From: Eledone cirrhosa
Taxonomy: Eukaryota
Direction of reading: 5' to 3'
Length of the DNA: 64,000 nt
Assembly (NCBI GenBank): GCA_964016885.1
Contig: OZ024765.1
Location: 13,888,001 to 13,952,000 of the forward strand
Positions 52,001 through 64,000 of the stretch are shown here, piece by piece. Positions within the stretch are counted from its first letter, which is position 1. Each line of letters begins with the position of its first letter. The position numbers were made by a program, and so were the translations under genes. The notes under the pieces were generated by a model that was not told the DNA's origin, did not search any database, and saw nothing but the letters and a program-made list of their open reading frames with translations.

Positions 52001-55000
52001 TATATATTATACATATTTTTTTTATTTCCTTTAAATCAAAGATATTTTAAATAAATGTTGACGGTTTCGAGCCTTCAAGGGGATTTTAAAAATTCATTAT
52101 TAATCCTTATCATTAAATTAATTAATTATTTATTATTATTATTAAATTAACTATTAATTATCTTTAAAATACTCTCCATTAAGCAATATATAAACCTTTG
52201 TAGTAATGGTCTGTCTTAACAATCACGCGATATATATGTCAAATTAAGTATTTATTATTTAATCGTGGGGTCAGAGCCCTCAAATACTCTTTCCAGTGGG
52301 TCCTGTCAGAAACAGCTGTCTCCAAATGATCCGGCTGGAGTTCCAAGCTAGACCAGCCAAACTTTTGGATGTTTTCCAACCATCTTGCTCGGGGTCTACT
52401 CCTGTCTCCTGCCGGTTGGTTTTCTCCTTAAAATCTGTCCAGTGATTCTTTCCTGAAACATTTTAACAACATGCCTTTAATATCGGGGCTGTGATCTCTC
52501 ACCCTTCCATATACTGTACCGATTGTTTTGTTATTTCTGTTTACCTTTTACACACACACATATATATAGTATCAATAATAAATATGAGGACTAAAATGGA
52601 AAGAGGGCTCGATAAGGATAAATATATATGAAATAAGGGTGAAAGCAGCGATGCTTTGCTTAAACTTTAATCTGTTATTTTAATATATATATGATCTCTC
52701 GAACTTGTACGAAGGGCTAAGGGGATATAGTTAATATAAAGATGGTGTGCTCATGCAAGGAGATCTTATGAAATAACTTATAAATTAGGGTGAAGACCCA
52801 AAAAGATGGAAAAAGAAGTTTATTAATACTTAAGAAAACCTTTAAAATATTTTGTCCAGCCGATAATTTTGTTTACCTGTTGCATTAGACTATAATAATT
52901 AAAATAACCGTGTTGGACATTTATTTCACTGTTTCGATTATTAAGCAGATTAAAATAAATTAGTTTCTATAATTATTGATGGATTTTTAATGAATTTTTA
53001 TAATAATTAAACCACTATTTCTGAGGAAAGGAAAAATAGAGAGAGAAAGACTAAAACGACTGAGTGAGATATAGATAGAGTAATAGATACAAGTGAGGGA
53101 AATAAGAGAGAAGTAGATAGACTAATAGAGATAAGGGAGGGAAATAAGGGAGGTGTAAATAGAGTAATAGATACAAGGGACGAAAGAAAGAGAGGAGTAG
53201 ATGCAGTAATAAAGATAACTGGGGGAAATAAGAGAGGAGGAGATACAGTAACAGAAGCAAGGGAGGGAAAAGGAGAGGAGTAGATAATGTAATAGATACA
53301 AGTGAGAGAAATAAGAAAGGAATAGATAGAGTAATAGATACAAAGGAGGGAAGAAAGAAAGGAGTCGATACAGTAATAAAGATAAGGGAGGAAAATAAGA
53401 GTCGAGGAGATACAGTAACAGATAGAAGGGAGAGAAATGCTTGAAGAGTAGAGAGAGTAATAGATACAAGTGAGGGAAATAAGAGAAGAGGAGATAAAGC
53501 AATAGGGATAAGGGAGTGAAAATGAGAGAAACGAAGACACAGTAACAGATACAAGGGAGGGAAATGAGAGAGTAGATAGAGTAATAGATAAAAGGGAGTA
53601 AGTAATGTAGATATAGGGATAGACACAAGAGAGGGAGTAATGTAGATAGAGTAATAGTAACAAGAGAGAGAGAGAGTAATGTAGATAGAGTAATGGTATC
53701 AAGAGCGAGAGAGAGTAATGTAGATAGAGTAATACAGACAAGAGAGAGAATGTAATGTAGATAGAGTAATAGACGCAACAGAGTGAGTAATGTAGATAGA
53801 ATCATAGAAATAAGAGAGAGAGAGTAATGTAGATAGAGTAATAGTAACAAGAGAGATAGAGTAATACAGACGAGAGAGAGAAAGTAATGTAGATAGAGTA
53901 ATAGAAAGAACAGAGCGAGTAATGTAGATAGAGTAATAGACACAAGAGAGTGAGTTATGTAGATAGAGTCATAGAAATAAGAGAGAGAAAGTAATGTAGA
54001 TAGAGTAATAGATACAAGAGAAAGTAAGGAAGATAGAGTAATAGAAACATAAGAGAATAAGAGAGTTACCCTATATTATGTTTCTATCTTCCTCTCTTTC
54101 AATTGACTCCCTTTGTCCATAAATTTAACCAACAAATAACAATTTTTGTCAATCATTTATTTTTAATTATTTTCGTTAATTTCAAAGTAAAACGTCTGAA
54201 ATTTTATTACAGAAAAATTCACGACTTAGGAATATATACAAATTATTGTTAAAATATCTAAATGTAAAATAAAAGGATTGTTAATATATTTGCTAAACCC
54301 TGGTAGTAATCGAAACTCCATTTATCGATTGATATAAATATATTATTTTTATTAAATAAAAGAATACATATATATATATATATTATACATATTTTGTTTA
54401 TTTCCTTCAAGTCAAAGATATTTTAAATAAATGTTGACGGTTTCGAGCCTTCACGGGGATTTTAAAAATTCATTATTAATCCTTATCATTAAATTAATTA
54501 ATTATTTATTATTATTATTGAATTAACTATTAATTATCTTTAAAATACTCTCCATTAAGTAATATATAAACCTTTGTAGCAATGGTCTGTCTTAACAAAC
54601 ACGCGATATATGTCAAATTAAGTATTTATTATTTAATCGTGGGGTCAGAGCCCTCAAATACTCTTTCCAGTGGGTCCTGTCAGAAACAACTGTCTCCAAA
54701 TGATCCGGCTGGAGTTCCAAGCTAGACCAGCCAAACTTTTGGATGTTATCCAACCATCTTGCTCGGGGTCTACTCCTGTCTCCTGCCGGTTGGTTTTCTC
54801 CTTAAAATCTGTCCAGTGATTCTTTCCTGAAACATTTTAACAACATGCCTTTAATATCGGGGCTGTGATCTCTCACCCTTCCATATACTGTACCGATTGT
54901 TTTGTTATTTCTGTTTACCTTTTACACACACACAACACACACATATATATAGTAACAATAATAAATATGAGGACTAAAATGGAAAGAGGGCTCGATAAGG

Positions 55001-56777
55001 ATAAATATATATGAAATAAGGGTGAAAGCAGCGATGCTTTGCTTAAACTTTAATCTGTTATTTTAATATATATATGATCTCTCGAACTTGTACGAAGGAC
55101 TAAGGGGATATAGTTAATATAAAGATGGTGTGCTCATGCAAGGAGATCTTATGAAATAACTTATAAATTAGGGTGAAGACCCAAAAAGATGGAAAAAGAA
55201 GTTTATTAATACATAAGAAAACCTTTAAAATATTTTGTCCAGACGATAATTTTGTTTACCTGTTGCATTAGACTATAATAATTAAAATAACCGTGTTGGA
55301 CATTTATTTCACTGTTTCGATTATTAAACAGATTAAAATAAATTAGTTTTTATAATTATTGATGGATATTTAATGAATTTTTTTAATAATTAAACCAATA
55401 TTTCTGAGGAAAGGAAAAATAGAGAGAGAAAGACTAAAACGAATGAGTGAAATATAGATAGAGTAATAGATACAAGTGAGGGAAATAAGAGAGAAGTAGA
55501 TAGACTAATAGAGATAAGGGAGGGAAATAAGAGAGGTGTAAATAGAGTAATAGATACAAGGGACGAAAGAAAGAGAGGAGTAGATACAGTAATAAAGATA
55601 ACCGGGGGAAACAAGAGAGGAGGGGATACAGTAACAGAAGCAAGGGAGGGAAAAGGAGAGGAGTAGATAATGTAATAGATACAAGTGAGAGAAATAAGAA
55701 AGGAATAGATAGAGTAATAGATACAAAGGAGGGTCGAAAGAAAGGAGTCGATACAGTAACAGATAGAAGGGAGAGAAATGCTTGAAGAGTAGAGAGAGTA
55801 ATAGATACAAGTGAGGGAAATAAGAGAAGAGGAGATAAAGCAATAGGGATTAGGGAGTGAAAATGAGAGAAACGAAGACACAGTAACAGATACAAGGGAG
55901 GGAAATGAGAGAGTAGATAGAGTAATAGATAGAAGGGAGTAAGTAATGTAGATATAGGGATAGACACAAGAGAGGGAGTAATGTAGATAGAGTAATAGTA
56001 ACAAGAGAGAGAGAGTAATGTAGATAGAGTAATGGTATCAAGAGCGAGAGAGAGTAATGTAGATAGAGTAATACAGACAAGAGAGAGAATGTAATGTAGA
56101 TAGAGTAATAGACACAACAGAGTGAGTAATGTAGATAGAATCATAGAAATAAGAGAGAGAAAGTAATGTAGATAGAGTAATAGATACAAGAGAAAGTAAG
56201 GAAGATAGAGTAATAGAAACATAAGAGAATAAGAGAGTTACCCTATATTATGTTTCTATCTTCCTCTCTTTCAATTGTCTCCCTTTGTCCATAAATTTAA
56301 CCAACAAATTCCAATTTTTGTCAATCATTTATTTTTAATTATTTTCGTTAATTTCAAAGTAAAACGTCTGAAATTTGATTACAGAAAAATTCACGACTTA
56401 GGAATATATACAAATTATTGTTAAAATACATAAATAAATTATCTAAATGTAAAATAAAAGGATTGTTAATATATTTGCTAAACCCTGGTAGTAATCGAAA
56501 CTCCATTTATCGATTGATATAAATATATTATTTTTATTAAATAAAAGAATACATATATATATATATATTATACATATTTTTTAATTTCTTTTCAGCCAAA
56601 GATATTTTAAATAAATGTTGACGGTTTCGAGCCTTCATGAGGACTTTAAAAATTCATTATTAATTCTTATCATTAAATTAATTAATTATTTATTATTATT
56701 ATTAAATTAACTATTAATTATCTTTAAAATACTTCCATATACTGTACCGATTGTGTTGTTATTTCTGTTTACCTTTT

Positions 56778-56814
<37 letters not shown>

Positions 56815-57260
56815 GTAACAATAATAAATATGATGACTAAAATCGAAAGAGGGCTAGATAAGTATAAATATATATCAAATAAGGGTGAATGCAGCGATTC
56901 TTTGCTTAAACTTTAATCTGTTATTTTAATATATATATGATCTCTCGGACTTGTACGAAGTGCTAAGGGGATATAGTTAATACAAAGATGGTGTGCTCAT
57001 GCAAGGAGATCTTATGAAATAACTTATAAATTAGGGTGAAGACCCTAAAAGATGGAAAAAGAAGTTTATTAATACCTGTCGGTTGGTTTTGTGTTTAAAA
57101 TCTGTGCAGTGATTCTTTCCTGAAACATTTTAACAACATGCCTTTAATATCGGGGCTGTGATCTCTCACCCTTCCATATACTGTACCGATTGTTTTGTTA
57201 TTTCTGTTTACCTTTTACACACACATATATAATAATGAATGTGAAGACTAAAATCAAAAG
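46050..57260 (+). repeat. Tandem array of five ~2.2-2.4 kb composite units
   Basis: GTTACCCTATATTATGTTTC anchor at ~47116, 49472, 51676, 54065 and 56237. Each unit has a degenerate ~35-38 bp purine-rich minisatellite, an AT-rich block, an RTE 3' fragment and dispersed-repeat pieces. Confidence 0.95.
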
Positions 57261-57409
57261 AGGGCTCGATAATATCATCTTCACCGACCCTCACCACCAT
57301 TTCCTTAGGTGGAAGCGCCCCACTGGACCTTCTCAACAACCCCTGGAGCGGGGCAGCACCCACTTTAAGAACTTGTGTCATAGGCCTTGATCACATGATC
57401 AGCTCTTAC

Positions 57410-57501
57410 CACCTTTGGCCAGGTTTTCCTCTATTGCAGCTTCCTTCGACTGGGATTTCTTGGCATTTTTTCACATCACAATCATCATCCATATACATCA
57501 C
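57410..57501 (-). CDS. Putative Cys-rich exon or pseudo-exon
   Basis: AACAG acceptor and TG|GTAAG donor; VMYMDDDCDVKKCQEIPVEGSCNRGKPGQR(W). The same frame extends up to a TAG acceptor at 57567 but crosses one TAA. Confidence 0.45.
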
Positions 57502-58094
57502 CTGTTAATATGTGATATGATGCAGGCAAAAACATGTTTTACCTCCTGTCTGCCTGGCAAGCATATCTAGATTTATATATAAACATGAAGTACAAGTCAA
57601 CAGATTAAAATTATGTTCTTTTATTCATAATCACTATTATACATATTTCAGTGATAACTGTTATGCAACAGCTATGACCTCATCAGACAGCTAGAATTTG
57701 AATAGAGAAACCAGAAAAATATAAACATGATATAAAGTTTACTTCTGTTATTTGGATTCATTGGTATGCTCTGGGCTGATATTTGGTGTTGGTCTTTTAC
57801 AAACACCAGTAGCATATGTTTATAAATATACTCTGGAATAAACAGATCCACTTGTGTACTTCGTCAAATGCTCTACCCTGCATGCTGAAGTGTTAGTGAT
57901 TAACTAACACGTACTTGAATTAATCATATATTTATAGTGTTATCTGAGAAGGATGGCTGACTGAACAGGGTTTTCTAGACTAGAAATAAGTAGTAACTTA
58001 ACCACTACCATGTTAGTTGATACATCAATCTCCATTGATCAATCGACCCTCTGAAACGACCGTAAAACAATGAACTAACTCTCTATCTATATCT

Positions 58095-58510
58095 GACCTC
58101 TGTAGTGGAGTCTGTGCTGCTGTATGGGTCTGAGACTTGGACACTGACCAAGAAACTCACTCAGATGGTGGATGGGTGCCACATGAGGATTCTGAGGATG
58201 GCTCTGAACATTAATCAGTATACACTGAGGCCGAAGAACTCAGAGCTGTACGGGAGCCTCCCAAAAGTCAGCTCGAGAGTAGCACAGAGAGGAATGAGGT
58301 TAGCTGGACATGCTCACCGACATCCAGAGTTGACACTGCACTCAGTGCTCCTGCATTGACACAATGGAAGAGGAAGACCAAGGTTAACATATATTTATGC
58401 CCTAAGGACAGACACTGGTCTCTTGGAGAGGCAGGACATGGCAGCGATAATGAGGGACAGAGACCACTGGAGAGAACTCATCCATGGATCTTGGGAATTT
58501 TACCCGCCCT
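58095..58510 (+). mobile_element. LINE (RTE-like) ORF C-terminal fragment, a different family from 1-1485
   Basis: VESVLLYGSETWTLTKKLTQMVDGCHMRILRMALNI...RLAGHAHRHPE...; frameshifted further on. Confidence 0.8.
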
Positions 58511-60249
58511 AGATATATATATATATATATGTGTGTGTGTTTATGTACATATATATATATATATATTTAATATAGAAATGGTTTGTACAGGGCTAGAACT
58601 GTTTCTTGGGAATTTTACCCGCCCTAGATATATATATATATATGTGTGTGTGTGTTTATGTACATATATATATATTTAATATAGAAATGGTTTGTACAGG
58701 GCTAGAACTGTTTCATTCGGGAGAAATCATCAGGAATGAAACAGTTCTAGTCCTGTAGAAGACATTTCTGTATTAAATATATATACTCTGCTATGTATTG
58801 AGTACCTTACTTACTGTGGTTACCCCCGATTGACCCCGGGATAAACATATCTATCTAAAAGAAACATATCTATATATATATAAATCAGGATGGAACCAGT
58901 TAGAAACTGGTTAGACCATTACTCACCAGAGTACTCATACTTGGGGTAGTAAAGTATGGTTATATGAAATCTGGAACTAGATGTTGGGGTCTTGACTCTT
59001 TCAAGGAAGACGGCCGATTGAACAGGGTTTTCTGGACTAGAAATAGGTAGTAACTTAACCACTGCCATGCTAATCAATACATCGATCTCCGTCAATCAAT
59101 CAACCCTCTAAAACAGCTGTAAAACAATGAACTAACTATTTACCTACACCTGACTTCTATTTTTATTGTTCTATGCACAAACATATTTAGATAGATATAT
59201 AGATATATATATAGATAGATATATATAGATAGATATATATATATATAGATAGATATATATAGATATATATATAGATAGATATATATAGATAGATATATAT
59301 ATAGATAGATATATATAGATATATATATATATAGATAGATATATATAGATATATATATTTCTAATCTAATCTGGCCAAGTTTACACTCACAAATAAGAAG
59401 AACCAGGGCCACCCCTAGGAGCATTGGATTTGGTGTACCTCATACTTGTTTCAGTTGCTGAATACAATCAGGGGTCGCTGCTTCTCCTGGAGGTCAATAG
59501 TTCTCTTCTAACTCGAGCAGGAACGCCTTTCCATTGTCAATTTACATTAATCATCTGCAAAGCCACATTGTTCTCAGAACCACTACACCAGTCTTTCTAT
59601 GTGTGCAGCTGGAACTACTGCCACCCATTTATTTGGCAGGATGCCAACTCATTTCTACAGCTGAGTAAACTGGAGCATCATGAAATAAAGTGTCTTGCTC
59701 AAGGACACCACACATCACCCGGTCCGAGAATCGAACTCACAACCTTTCGATTGCAAGCCTAATGCTCTAACCACTAAGCCATGTGCCTTCACATACCTAT
59801 ATGAAGTTATATAAAGTTTCAACATTTCAAGTAGCGATGTTTGTAAGCTGAGATCGTATGGTCACTTAACAAAATCCAATGGTTTTACAATGACCATCCT
59901 ACATGGAACTGTGGACAGGGAAGGAAAGTTTGGCAGTCAAAGAAAAAGATGGACAAAAAAAAGGCTGAGATGATATGACCTTCTTTTTCTTCAGCCACAT
60001 ATTCCTAGGGGAAGGATCCTTAAACATTTCTTCCACCAGGTCCTATCAGAAACAACCATCTCCAATTAATTCGACTGCACCCCCAAGTGAGACCAGCCAA
60101 GCCTATCAACTTTTCAGCCGACACTTCTAACTTATAGATAAGTCTAGCACTGAGGGCAAGGTGGAGGTGGGGAACCTCTTCATGTTAAAAGGCCTCATTT
60201 AGTAACTTGTAATATAATAAGGCTGCATTCAAGAAACCATAATTTTATA

Positions 60250-61190
60250 TTGATTCCCTGAACATGGATACATTAAAGCTCTGATGTCTGGCAGCTGACT
60301 TGGTAAACACCCACAAAATTATTAACCATCTTGCCAACAACCCTGGGTACCTTTTTGAATTCCATGTGTCTAACGCCCGAGGACATGCTTACAAAATCAG
60401 AAAACAGCACAGCTCCCATGACTTTTTGAAACATTTTTTCATGCTCAATTGCTGAAGCATGGAACAAACTCCCTGCATCAGTTGTTAGCTGTTGAGATAC
60501 TGCATCCTTTAAAACCTCCATGGAACAAACTACCTGCATCAGTTGTTAGCTGTCGAGACACTGTATCCTTTAAAACCTCCATGGAACAAACTACTTGCAT
60601 CAGTTGTTAGCTACCGAGATGTTGCTTCCTTTAAAACCTCCATGGAACAAACTACCTGCATCAGTTAGCTGTCGAGACACTGCATCCTTTAAAACCTCCA
60701 TGGAACAAACTGCTTGCATCAGTTGTTAGCTGTCGAGACACTGCATCCTTTAAAACCTCCATGGAACAAACTGCTTGCATCAGTTGTTAGCTGTCGAGAC
60801 ACTGCACCGTTTAAAACCTCCATGGAACAAACTACCTGCATTAGTTGTTAGCTGTCGAGACACTGCACCGTTTAAAACCTCCATGGAACAAACTACCTGC
60901 ATCAGTTATTAGCTGTCGAGACACTGCACCGTTTAAAACCTCCATGGAACAAACTACCTGCATCGGTTGTTAGCTACCGAGACACTGCATCCTTTAAAAC
61001 TGCCATGCTTCCCGAAATTTGCCAAACTACACCTGATATTCCCCCTCTATACACACGCATGCATGTGTGTGTATATCATAACTCATACACTGTTCACTCA
61101 CCTGACATTTGTACATTATTCCATGTACTATACATGCACCTTTGATGAGTTGTAGTGCACCTGAGCACTGTACATAACTTTCATTATATA
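60250..61190 (+). mobile_element. CR1/L2-like LINE 3' end with about nine tandem 61-bp units
   Basis: Degenerate ...ADLVNTHKIINHL...GHAYKIRK...FF...AWNKLPASVVS..., typical of the CR1/L2 ORF2 C-terminus; CATGGAACAA recurs from 60458 to 60943 at ~61-bp spacing. Confidence 0.8.
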
Positions 61191-61815
61191 AATGATGTGT
61201 ATATATAACAGTGTTTATATAATTGTTTCTACTTTTGGCACAAGGCCAGCAATTACCCAGTGCATTACTGGTACTTTATTTTATTGACCCCGTAAGGATG
61301 AAAGGCAAATTTAACCTCGGCGGGATTTGAACTCAGAATGGAAAGGTCCGTAACTCTTTGTGTGAAAGCATGGCGTCCAACCCTCTACCGATACTGCCAA
61401 TGGTGTATAGTGTATATCTGTGAGTATATAATGACACAAATACTGTTCACTTTCCTGACATTTGTACATTATTGTACAATACATGCACCCTTGATATGTT
61501 TTAGTGTACCCGAGCACTGTACACAATAATTTTCATTATTATTATCATTCTGAAAACGTTAATAATCACTGGTGTACTAAATCCCCGTGGGTTCTCACCA
61601 ACCTGTCTCGTGTGATAGCAGCTCCAGTCAGCTCCAGTCAAACAGGAATTTAATGAACATTCCAGAATCAAATTAAAACTAAAACATGAGCATAGAAAGG
61701 GCTGAAATGACCCTTATGGTCTACTAATTTTTAAATTCTGGCTGTCTGTCAGTGTGGATTATTTAGTTGAATATTATTTTACTCTTTGGTATTTAAAATA
61801 AGTTCATCTTATGGT

Positions 61816-63496
61816 TTAACCTTTTAGCATTTAAAGCAGCCATATCTGGTCAGAACTCTCTCACCTGAACGGCAGGTTATGGCCGGTGTGAACAAAAAAA
61901 GGTGAGAGATTTCTGGCCAGATATGACTGATTTAAACGTTAAAGGGTTCGCAAAATTGCTCGTTATTGTTCACAAAATAAATAGCATCAAAATCTTGTAG
62001 ATTTGATATTAAGTGGGATAATTATGTAAGATAAAGCCTTTACTGTGAAAATACAATAGTATATATAGAGTAATGTAAATGTTAAGTGGGATAATTATGT
62101 GAGGTAAAGCCTTTACTGTGAAAATACAATAGTATATATAGAGTAATGTAAATGTTATGAGATATTATGTGAGGTAAAGCCTTTACTGTGAAAATACAAT
62201 AGTATATATAGAGTAATGTAAATGTTATGTGAGATATTATGTGAGGTAAAGCCTTTACTGTGAAAATACAATAGTATATATAGAGTAATGTAAATGTTAT
62301 GTGAGATATTATGTAAGATAAAGCCTTTACTGTGAAAATACAATAGTATATATAGAGTAATGTAAATGTTATGCGAGATATTATGTGAGGTAAAGCCTTT
62401 ACTGTGAAAATACAATAGTATATATAGAGTAATGTAAATGTTATGTGAGATATTATGTAAGATAAAGCCTTTACTGTGAAAATACAATAGTATATATAGA
62501 GTAATGTAAATGTTATGTGAGATATTATGTGAGGTAAAGCCTTTACTGTGAAAATACAATAGTATATATAGAGTAATGTAAATGTTATGTGAGGTAAAGC
62601 CTTTACTGTGAAAATACAATAGTATATATAGAGTAATGTAAATGTTACGTGAGGTAAAGCCTTTACTGTGAAAATACAATAGTATATATAGAGTAATGTA
62701 AATGTTATGTGAGGTAAAGCCTTTACTGTGAAAATACAATAGTATATATAGAGTAATGTAAATGTTATGTGAGGTAAAGCCTTTACTGTGAAAATACAAT
62801 AGTATATATAGAGTAATGTAAATGTTATGTGAGGTAAAGCCTTTACTGTGAAAATACAATAGTATATATAGAGTAATGTAAATGTTATGTGAGGTAAAGC
62901 CTTTACTGTGGAAATACAATAGTATATATAGAGTAATGTAAATGTTATGTGAGGTAAAGCCTTTACTGTGAAAATACAATAGTATATATAGAGTAATGTA
63001 AATGTTATGTGAGGTAAAGCCTTTACTGTGAAAATACAATAGTATATATAGAGTAATGTAAATGTTATGTGAGGTAAAGCCTTTACTGTGAAAATACAAT
63101 AGTATATATAGAGTAATGTAAATGTTATGTGAGGTAAAGCCTTTACTGTGGAAATACAATAGTATATATAGAGTAATGTAAATGTTATGTGAGGTAAAGC
63201 CTTTACTGTGAAAATACAATAGTATATATAGAGTAATGTAAATGTTATGTGAGGTAAAGCCTTTACTGTGAAAATACAATAGTATATATAGAGTAATGTA
63301 AATGTTATGTGAGGTAAAGCCTTTACTGTGAAAATACAATAGTATATATAGAGTAATGTATATGTTATGTGAGGTAAAGCCTTTACTGTGAAAATACAAT
63401 AGTATATATAGAGTAATGTAAATGTTATGTGAGGTAAAGCCTTTACTGTGAAAATACAATAGTATATATAGAGTAATATAAATGGTAAAGGGTTAA
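61816..63496 (+). mobile_element. piggyBac-like MITE expanded by a 60/75-bp internal tandem array (over 20 units)
   Basis: TTAACCTTTTAGCATTTAAA ... AATGGTAAAGGGTTAA; 75-bp units at ~62030-62580, then near-identical 60-bp units to 63480. Confidence 0.85.
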
Positions 63497-63642
63497 ATCA
63501 AAATAATAAGAGATAGACAAAAAGATATTAATAAATATTTTAAATTTGTTGGAAATTTTTTATTTTTTCAAAAGGCTGCACAGAATGGCATAGCAGGCTG
63601 CAGCTTCTCCATCTCTGGGGTGGGGTAAGGTAATAGTGATAG

Positions 63643-63673
<31 letters not shown>

Positions 63674-63835
63674 AAAAAATTATTTTTAAAGATAACACTG
63701 AAGACAATTTGCTTTATTATGTTTTTATCAACAAAAAAAAAATAAATACCAACTCAATACAAAATGATTATTTACATAAGTGTGTGCACCAGCATGGCCA
63801 TAGCTTGATGATTAAAACCTGTACAAGAATATATA

Positions 63836-64000
63836 TGGAGGCACATGGCTTAGTGGTTAGAGCATTGGCCTTGCAATCGAAAGGTAGTGAGTTCAATTCT
63901 CAGACCAGGTGATGTGTTGTTTCCTTGAGCAAGACACTTTATTTTACATTGCTCCAGTTTACTCAGCTGTAGAAATGAGATGCAAAGTAGTCGTGGAGGT
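63836..64000 (+). mobile_element. tRNA-derived SINE family A head, cut by the window edge
   Basis: A-box TGGCTTAGTGGTTAGAGC, B-box GAGTTCAATTC, then TTCCTTGAGCAAGACACTTTATTT. Confidence 0.8.

Noticed and set aside
42693-56222. Many 150-335 aa Leu/Tyr/Ser-rich ORFs
   Set aside because: Overlapping in all frames of a pyrimidine-rich degenerate minisatellite within the 2.3-kb repeat; low-complexity artefacts.
57296-57310. 15-bp inverted match to the 3' end of the 40206 exon (ACCATTTCCTTAGGT)
   Set aside because: Too short, with no flanking similarity, to distinguish from chance.
62155-63459. 434-aa repetitive ORF (also the 236-aa ORF at 30239-30949 and the 286-aa ORF at 32962-33822)
   Set aside because: Result of tandem units lacking a stop in one frame; they lie inside MITEs or satellites.
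63836-63910. tRNA gene (A and B boxes, TTGCAAT loop)
   Set aside because: No acceptor-stem pairing, and it continues into a multi-copy SINE body; it is a SINE head.

Overview
AT-rich, repeat-dense animal genomic DNA. The SINE/LINE repertoire and abundant (TA)n suggest an octopod cephalopod, which is an inference from repeat motifs. (1) The 5' part of a minus-strand, multi-exon secreted-protein gene can be rebuilt by hand. It has nine phase-compatible GT-AG exons from an ATG at 18935 down to 1675 (398 codons) and continues past the left edge. Its architecture is signal peptide, EMI-like, EGF, TB/hybrid-like, then VWD (otogelin/SCO-spondin/gel-forming mucin/vWF superfamily). (2) A few weaker minus-strand Cys-rich (VWC-like) exons at 38.7, 40.2, 57.4 and possibly 61.6 kb may belong to an upstream neighbouring gene or pseudogene. 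(3) The rest is repeats: RTE-clade LINE pieces (one with an open RT frame containing a PHD-like finger), a CR1/L2-like 3' end, a mariner transposase fragment, tRNA-derived SINEs and TTAA-flanked, hAT-, Harbinger- and mariner-type MITEs. There are also long microsatellite tracts, several TE-derived tandem arrays, and a five-copy ~2.2-2.4 kb tandem block with an inverted sixth copy. (4) Short (TA)n-embedded, often inverted-duplicated elements carry minimal type I hammerhead ribozyme motifs of about seven unrelated sequence families, consistent with Penelope-like element remnants. Most ORFs in the supplied track are microsatellite or antisense artefacts.
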